Virus record (IMG/VR): IMGVR_UViG_3300044711_000029
Location: 1 to 56,239 of that record
From: a virus
Taxonomy: Duplodnaviria > Caudoviricetes
Length of the DNA: 56,239 nucleotides
Reading direction: 5' to 3' (one strand)
A model generated the notes under the pieces. That model was not told where the DNA came from. It ran no database searches and saw only the letters and a list, made by a program, of their open reading frames with translations. The translations under genes were made by a program, and so were the position numbers. Positions 51,733-56,239 of this stretch are shown one piece after another. Numbering within the stretch: position 1 is the first letter of the stretch; each line of letters opens with the position of its first letter.

Positions 51733-52484
51733 TGGCTAGAAACTCCAACGACACGACGGCCTATCTTGATTGCGGCGCTGCGAGCGCCCTGCAATTCACG
51801 TTGATCTCCGTGTCGATGTGGGTGCGGCAGACGAGCGCTGCCTTATTCCAGAAGCTGATGCACTACTCGGCCAGCAACGAGCTTCGCGGCTATGGCATCT
51901 ATCTGGACTTTAGCTCTGGAAACATCCCGATCTTCTTCATCGGCGACGGTACGAAGCATACCGTCGATTCGACTTCCGCCCTCTCGCTGAATACCTGGAC
52001 TCATATTGGCGGCACCTATGACGGCACTACGCTGCGGTTCTACTTCAACGGCGCGGCTGCTGGGACGACCTCTTACAGCGGCACGATTTCCTATACCGGC
52101 GTGCAAAACTTTACGCTGATGAATTTACCGGCTTCGATTAGCAACACGCAGGGATTTCTCGGCGACGTGGCGGAAGTTGCAGTGTGGGGGGTAGTGCTTG
52201 ACGCCGCTGAAATGGATTTGCTGGGTCATGGGTATTGCCCAGCGCTTATCCGTCCGTATGCCATCGGAAATTACTGGCCGCTCATTGGCCGCTACAGCCC
52301 AGAGATAGGACTTCGCGGGACTGGCGACGGGACCATCAACGGGACAATAACCGCCGCCGTTCACAGCCGCGTGTATCAGCGGAGGAAAACGCGGACGGTG
52401 ATGGTTCCAACTGTGGCAGTCGCAGGCAATGTACCTTATGACCTCGCCCACCAACCACAACACCAAGCAATTATGGCAATGTAG
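51732..52484 (+). CDS. LamG / concanavalin A-like lectin domain protein
   Basis: SVSMWV, W.HI.GTYDGT..R.Y.NG, F.G..AEVAVW..L...E. Confidence 0.85.
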   Translation: MARNSNDTTAYLDCGAASALQFTLISVSMWVRQTSAALFQKLMHYSASNELRGYGIYLDFSSGNIPIFFIGDGTKHTVDSTSALSLNTWTHIGGTYDGTTLRFYFNGAAAGTTSYSGTISYTGVQNFTLMNLPASISNTQGFLGDVAEVAVWGVVLDAAEMDLLGHGYCPALIRPYAIGNYWPLIGRYSPEIGLRGTGDGTINGTITAAVHSRVYQRRKTRTVMVPTVAVAGNVPYDLAHQPQHQAIMAM

Positions 52485-52486
52485 CT

Positions 52487-53065
52487 ATGCCGCTCGCACC
52501 CAGCCAAACATTCCGAGACCACCGCTCCGTCACCGGAAACGACGTAAAGATCGTCGCCACGAAGAGCCGCGTCTCTGTCGAATTCGGTAAGACAATCGAC
52601 CCGCAGAGTGTGTTCGTGGTGCAGATTTGGCGGCAAGGAAAGATGCTCGTAGAACACCCGCTTAATGCCCGCAACAACTTCGCCTCGTCAGTGCCGCCCA
52701 ACATTGACACGCGGGAATGCGGGGTGCGGGTCTGCTTCCCGACAGGGATTGTGATTGCCGAGCTTGACGTGGCTGTCGATGAGCACCCTTATCGTCGTCC
52801 GCGGGCAGAGCAGGTTCATATAACCGAGAATTACGTTTCGGTTCCGCCGGCATTGACGATCACCGATGAAGTCAATTCCGTGTGGACGCTGGGCCTAATT
52901 GCGGCCCCCAAGCACAAATGCCCGGCAGGTGAGTTTGCATTCGCCGTGCTACGCAATGGCTTTGATGTAGGTGAGATGGCGAGTAGAATCGAACGGCGAA
53001 ACGGAAAGGTGAGGATTTTTACTGTAGAGGGTTGGAAGAAGTGGACTGGAGCGTCATTTTTTTGA
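52487..53065 (+). CDS. hypothetical protein
   Basis: Contiguous ORF in structural cluster. Confidence 0.6.
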   Translation: MPLAPSQTFRDHRSVTGNDVKIVATKSRVSVEFGKTIDPQSVFVVQIWRQGKMLVEHPLNARNNFASSVPPNIDTRECGVRVCFPTGIVIAELDVAVDEHPYRRPRAEQVHITENYVSVPPALTITDEVNSVWTLGLIAAPKHKCPAGEFAFAVLRNGFDVGEMASRIERRNGKVRIFTVEGWKKWTGASFF

Positions 53066-53082
53066 AGTAAGAGAAAACCATA

Positions 53083-53202
53083 AGGGCCGGTGATCGTTCA
53101 TCGGCAACCGAAAGCAAGCGAAACGCGGGGGTCATGTCCCGCCAGACGCTTACACCGTCGCTGCCTGTGTAAGGGGCCAGTGAGCAATCGCTGGCCCTTT
53201 TT
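53083..53202 (+). promoter_or_regulatory. structured leader with intrinsic terminator upstream of the 53234 gene
   Basis: GCCGGTGA/TCATCGGC, AAGCG/CGCTT and CTTACAC/GTGTAAG stems; terminator 53174-53197 followed by T5. Confidence 0.65.
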
Positions 53203-53233
53203 GTTTTCGGTCCCAAACTTCAGGAGGATTGCG

Positions 53234-53725
53234 ATGGCTCGCGAATACACGGTTGGTGCGTTGAATGTGACGGTCACTGCTGCGGTTGACCTAGCCCAAA
53301 CATTTGTTAATCCCGGCACCACTCAGTCGCTGGAATTCCTGCGGGCCTGGGCTTCACAGGCGGCGAATGCAACCAGCGCTCAACAGAGCGTGGCGCTGCG
53401 AACGCAGGTGACGGCGTTTCCGACGCTGACGGGTGCTACGCCCCGAAAGCTAAAGCTCTTGGACCCAATTAGCCAGATTGTCAGCGGCACGGCTGGTGCT
53501 GCCGGAACGTCCGGAACCAACGCCTCTGTCGCCGGCGCTGGTACAAAATCGGAAGTGATCGACGATAACTTCAACGTCCTCAATGGCTGGCTCTGGGTGC
53601 CTACTCCTCGCGAGACGATCATTATGAACGCCTCGGCAGCTTCTGGGTTCGGCATGTATTTCCCGGTGCAACCGACGACGTTGACCTCTTGGAGCTACGG
53701 TCTGACGTTCTCAGAGCTTGGCTAG
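53234..53725 (+). CDS. putative virion structural protein
   Basis: AGGAGG RBS; Thr/Ala-rich, FN.LNGW.W.PTP.E motif. Confidence 0.7.
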   Translation: MAREYTVGALNVTVTAAVDLAQTFVNPGTTQSLEFLRAWASQAANATSAQQSVALRTQVTAFPTLTGATPRKLKLLDPISQIVSGTAGAAGTSGTNASVAGAGTKSEVIDDNFNVLNGWLWVPTPRETIIMNASAASGFGMYFPVQPTTLTSWSYGLTFSELG

Positions 53726-53749
53726 TCGTCTGGTTGAAAGGCGGCTCCC

Positions 53750-54949
53750 ATGCCACAAGCCGGCGGCGTCTATCGTTTCGATCCTCAACCGCAGCAAGGG
53801 ATTCGGTTTGTCCCAATCCCCGCGCAGGGACAGCAGCCTCCCCGCAGGACTATTGCGCTTGGCATGGCCGCCGTCCTGGCATCCTGGCCTACAGGAATGG
53901 AGCCGGGAATACCGCAGCCCGATTATCACCGCAGCCGCATTGCGCCGCTCACTCTTCGATACGGTTCTCAGCCGCCCGTCACTTCAGGTCAGCGTGACAT
54001 TGACTTGCTCTATGAGACGATGGCGATTGCCTGGCTGCCGCCCGATCCACAACCGCAGCCGAATCTCAAGCGGGACAGAATCGCACCGCTGCGGATTGTG
54101 TACGGTCAGCAGCCTCCCCCGGCTGGCGGGATGTCCGACCCCGACATCCTCTATCCGACAATCTTGCAATGGCAACCGCCGCCGCCCCAGCCGCCCAGGG
54201 ACCGCGGCTATATCGTCGCTCAGACGCTTGTCTATGGCAGTCAGCCACCAGTCACGTCCGGCCAACGCGACATTGACCTCCTCTATCAAACCATAGCCGC
54301 TTGGCAACCGGCCTGGATTGCTCCGCAAACCCTTCCAGGGACGGCCGCGTGGAACTTCGTCACGGTTGTTACCACGGCCCAACCGTTCGTTGCTTATCCG
54401 CTTGGAATCATCGCTAGTTGGCAGCCTGCCCCATTGCCGCCGCCATCGCCTGTCAAGGTTGTGCCGCTGACTTTCACTTATGGCGATCAGCCGCCGCCAG
54501 TATCAGGCGTCAAGCAGGCAATCATTAGCTCTTGGGTGCCACAGGACAGCTACCCCTACCAAGCCAAGCCAAGTGCCGCTCCATTCGGCGTGGTCATTGT
54601 CGCGCAGCCGCCATTCACAGGATTGCAGCGGCACATTCTCGCCGCATGGCAGAGCGAGCAAGCGGCGGAAGTCCAAAGAGCAAGGGCAGCGCCGCTGACG
54701 CTGGTTTATGGCGACCAACCGCCACGGCAGTCGAAGGTCAATGAGCGGTTAATTATCGAGTCGTGGCAACCGCCGTTCGTCATCGACTTTCCGCTGGTGA
54801 CGTTAGTGACCGGAGCGCCGCCGCCAACCTTTACCCTCGTTGACCGTTGGTGCGATGTGCTGATTGTGAATTGCGACCCAATGGGCCGAATGGAGTTGAG
54901 CGCCGATGAGTTTGGGCGTGTCGAGTTGCCGTGCGAGGTGAATGAATGA
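53750..54949 (+). CDS. Pro/Gln/Trp-rich repeat protein (fibre-like)
   Basis: Repeated PL...YG.QPP and I..WQP units; YGSQPPVTSGQRDIDLLY twice. Confidence 0.75.
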   Translation: MPQAGGVYRFDPQPQQGIRFVPIPAQGQQPPRRTIALGMAAVLASWPTGMEPGIPQPDYHRSRIAPLTLRYGSQPPVTSGQRDIDLLYETMAIAWLPPDPQPQPNLKRDRIAPLRIVYGQQPPPAGGMSDPDILYPTILQWQPPPPQPPRDRGYIVAQTLVYGSQPPVTSGQRDIDLLYQTIAAWQPAWIAPQTLPGTAAWNFVTVVTTAQPFVAYPLGIIASWQPAPLPPPSPVKVVPLTFTYGDQPPPVSGVKQAIISSWVPQDSYPYQAKPSAAPFGVVIVAQPPFTGLQRHILAAWQSEQAAEVQRARAAPLTLVYGDQPPRQSKVNERLIIESWQPPFVIDFPLVTLVTGAPPPTFTLVDRWCDVLIVNCDPMGRMELSADEFGRVELPCEVNE

Positions 54950-55518
54950 CCCAGACCTACCACAGGCGAATGATTAACGACACGTTGCGGCAACTCAACG
55001 CCATCATCACCGCAGGCGTGAACAATGAGCCCGTGGACCTGTCCGCATTGACGGTCAAGTTCTACATGGAGGAAGAGGCGAGCGGCACGAGCGAGATTGC
55101 CGAGACGGCAACGGGAATCACGATTCATCCGACACAGATATTCACGGGAGCAAGCACTGGTCTGGCAACCTGCAATGGCCACGGAGTCAAGGAAGGCGAC
55201 CAGATCATTGTGGCCAATAGTGGTGGAGCTTTGCCGACCGGACTCGTTGCAGCAACTAGATACTTCGCTGTGAACGTGACGCCGAACGCCTTTGGACTAG
55301 CGAGCCTGCCAGGCGGAAACACGGTCATAACAGCAGCGGGAACTGGCACAAATACGTTCTACGTCGTCGGCTCAGTGCAGTACCAATTCCTCGCGGCTAA
55401 CGTGGATACCGAGCTTCGCTATTCGGCATGGTTTGTGGCGTATTCAGGGACCGCCGCGGCAACGGCCCCGGTGGCGAGGAAGGGGATAACGGTGGATATC
55501 ACGGGAAGGGGAAACTGA
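54946..55518 (+). CDS. BppU-like / fibre-attachment structural protein
   Basis: DT...L...VDLS..TVKF.M...G.V.Y.F....VDT...Y.A.F with inserted HG...GD.I...LP.GL domain. Confidence 0.55.
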   Translation: MTQTYHRRMINDTLRQLNAIITAGVNNEPVDLSALTVKFYMEEEASGTSEIAETATGITIHPTQIFTGASTGLATCNGHGVKEGDQIIVANSGGALPTGLVAATRYFAVNVTPNAFGLASLPGGNTVITAAGTGTNTFYVVGSVQYQFLAANVDTELRYSAWFVAYSGTAAATAPVARKGITVDITGRGN

Positions 55519-55787
55519 TGCTCAATCGACGTGAAGCAATTGGTGCGGCAGTGGGAGCGCTGGCGGCGGGAGTCTTGCCGGCAGTGAAGGTTAGTGAATC
55601 GAACGTGCATCAACTAATGGCGTCTTGCCAAGAGCCTTGGTTCTTCGGAGTTACGTTCTTGGATGGTTCGCATTCCTTGTATCGACTACCAGCCGATCAC
55701 TCGCGAGAGCTACCATCCTATGGGCTGAAGACTGAGTTACTCGCGAAACTCAGGGAGTTGGGAGCAGTGGAGGTGCCATGCCCCTAG
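55518..55787 (+). CDS. small protein with twin-arginine-like signal
   Basis: MLNRREAIGAAVGALAAG. Confidence 0.55.
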   Translation: MLNRREAIGAAVGALAAGVLPAVKVSESNVHQLMASCQEPWFFGVTFLDGSHSLYRLPADHSRELPSYGLKTELLAKLRELGAVEVPCP

Positions 55788-56110
55788 CACCAGGCACAGC
55801 ATGCGTCTGCGGTGGCATCCGAAGGCAGGGTGTATGTATGAGGTGTGGGCCGAGGAAGAGAACTCCGCATGCTAAGACAACAACAGACCGATTGCTCGGA
55901 TGGACATGGCAGAAGTTCAGACTGCGAATACTGAAGGAACGTCCAACTTGCGAGGACCAAGCGTTGAACCACCCAGGACAAGTCAAGGCGCCGTATGAGG
56001 TGCATCACATCATTAAGCGAGAGGCAAGGCCGGACCTGGCCTATGAGCCTACGAATGTACTATCGCTGTGTAAGGACTGCCATCAACTCAGGACTAACAG
56101 ATGTGAATAA
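55778..56110 (+). CDS. HNH endonuclease (HK97 gp74-like packaging nuclease)
   Basis: W...R...L...P.C, EVHHI, N..SLC..CH; last gene before the packaging region. Confidence 0.9.
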   Translation: MPLAPGTACVCGGIRRQGVCMRCGPRKRTPHAKTTTDRLLGWTWQKFRLRILKERPTCEDQALNHPGQVKAPYEVHHIIKREARPDLAYEPTNVLSLCKDCHQLRTNRCE

Positions 56111-56239
56111 ATGATTAGGGACATTGGGTTCGCGCATATGCGGCGCATGTCGATGGCCCTAATCGAACACTGGAGCCATAAGGACTTACGAAAAGTACAT
56201 GGGGGGAGTGGTAATTGTCTGGCAGCGCGCCTTCCTGAC
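56111..56239. other. putative cos/packaging-site region continuing into positions 1-44
   Basis: Non-coding, follows HNH, contains GGGGGG run; circular join restores HNH - methylase - terS order. Confidence 0.5.

Noticed and set aside
53083-53160. c-di-GMP-I riboswitch or hammerhead ribozyme
   Set aside because: GAAA is present, but the GGCAAAC...GACGCAAAGC pattern and the CUGANGA core are absent
53960-54295. Diversity-generating retroelement TR/VR pair
   Set aside because: Differences between the copies are synonymous and not adenine-specific, and no reverse transcriptase is encoded
1-56239. Stop-codon reassignment or alternative genetic code
   Set aside because: TAA, TAG and TGA all end conserved genes at expected positions and coding density is high under code 11

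Overview
The window looks like an essentially complete ~56 kb temperate siphovirus-type phage genome (HK97-fold capsid, HNH plus P27-type terminase, probably cos packaging), cut near the packaging site. The order is: ParB-methylase, terS, terL, portal, prohead protease, capsid, neck and tail genes with a -1 frameshifted chaperone, tape measure and Cys-rich tail-tip genes (45-20344); a small regulatory cassette and a minus-strand tyrosine recombinase (20.5-22.4 kb); a long rightward early, recombination and replication region (22.7-44.0 kb); then a late membrane, lysis and second structural cluster ending in an HNH nuclease. A TIGR02996-like domain, a Flp-pilin-like gene and heptamer repeats point to a Planctomycetota host (inference). 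The strongest unexplained signals are: (1) about 14 different pairs of short direct repeats that each bracket one accessory gene or cassette, including a perfect 16-bp repeat that duplicates the integrase 3' end; (2) a recurring AGG-hairpin-CCGAA..ACGCTT RNA-like motif in late leaders, twice in front of terminators; (3) a non-coding stretch with tRNA-like T-loop modules followed by a GGA-rich CsrB/RsmZ-like segment; (4) two paralogous glycosyltransferase-like genes among the virion genes; (5) three repeat-tract genes; (6) no canonical endolysin, but a papain-like protease. All family assignments were made by eye from motifs and synteny; no database search or RNA folding was run.
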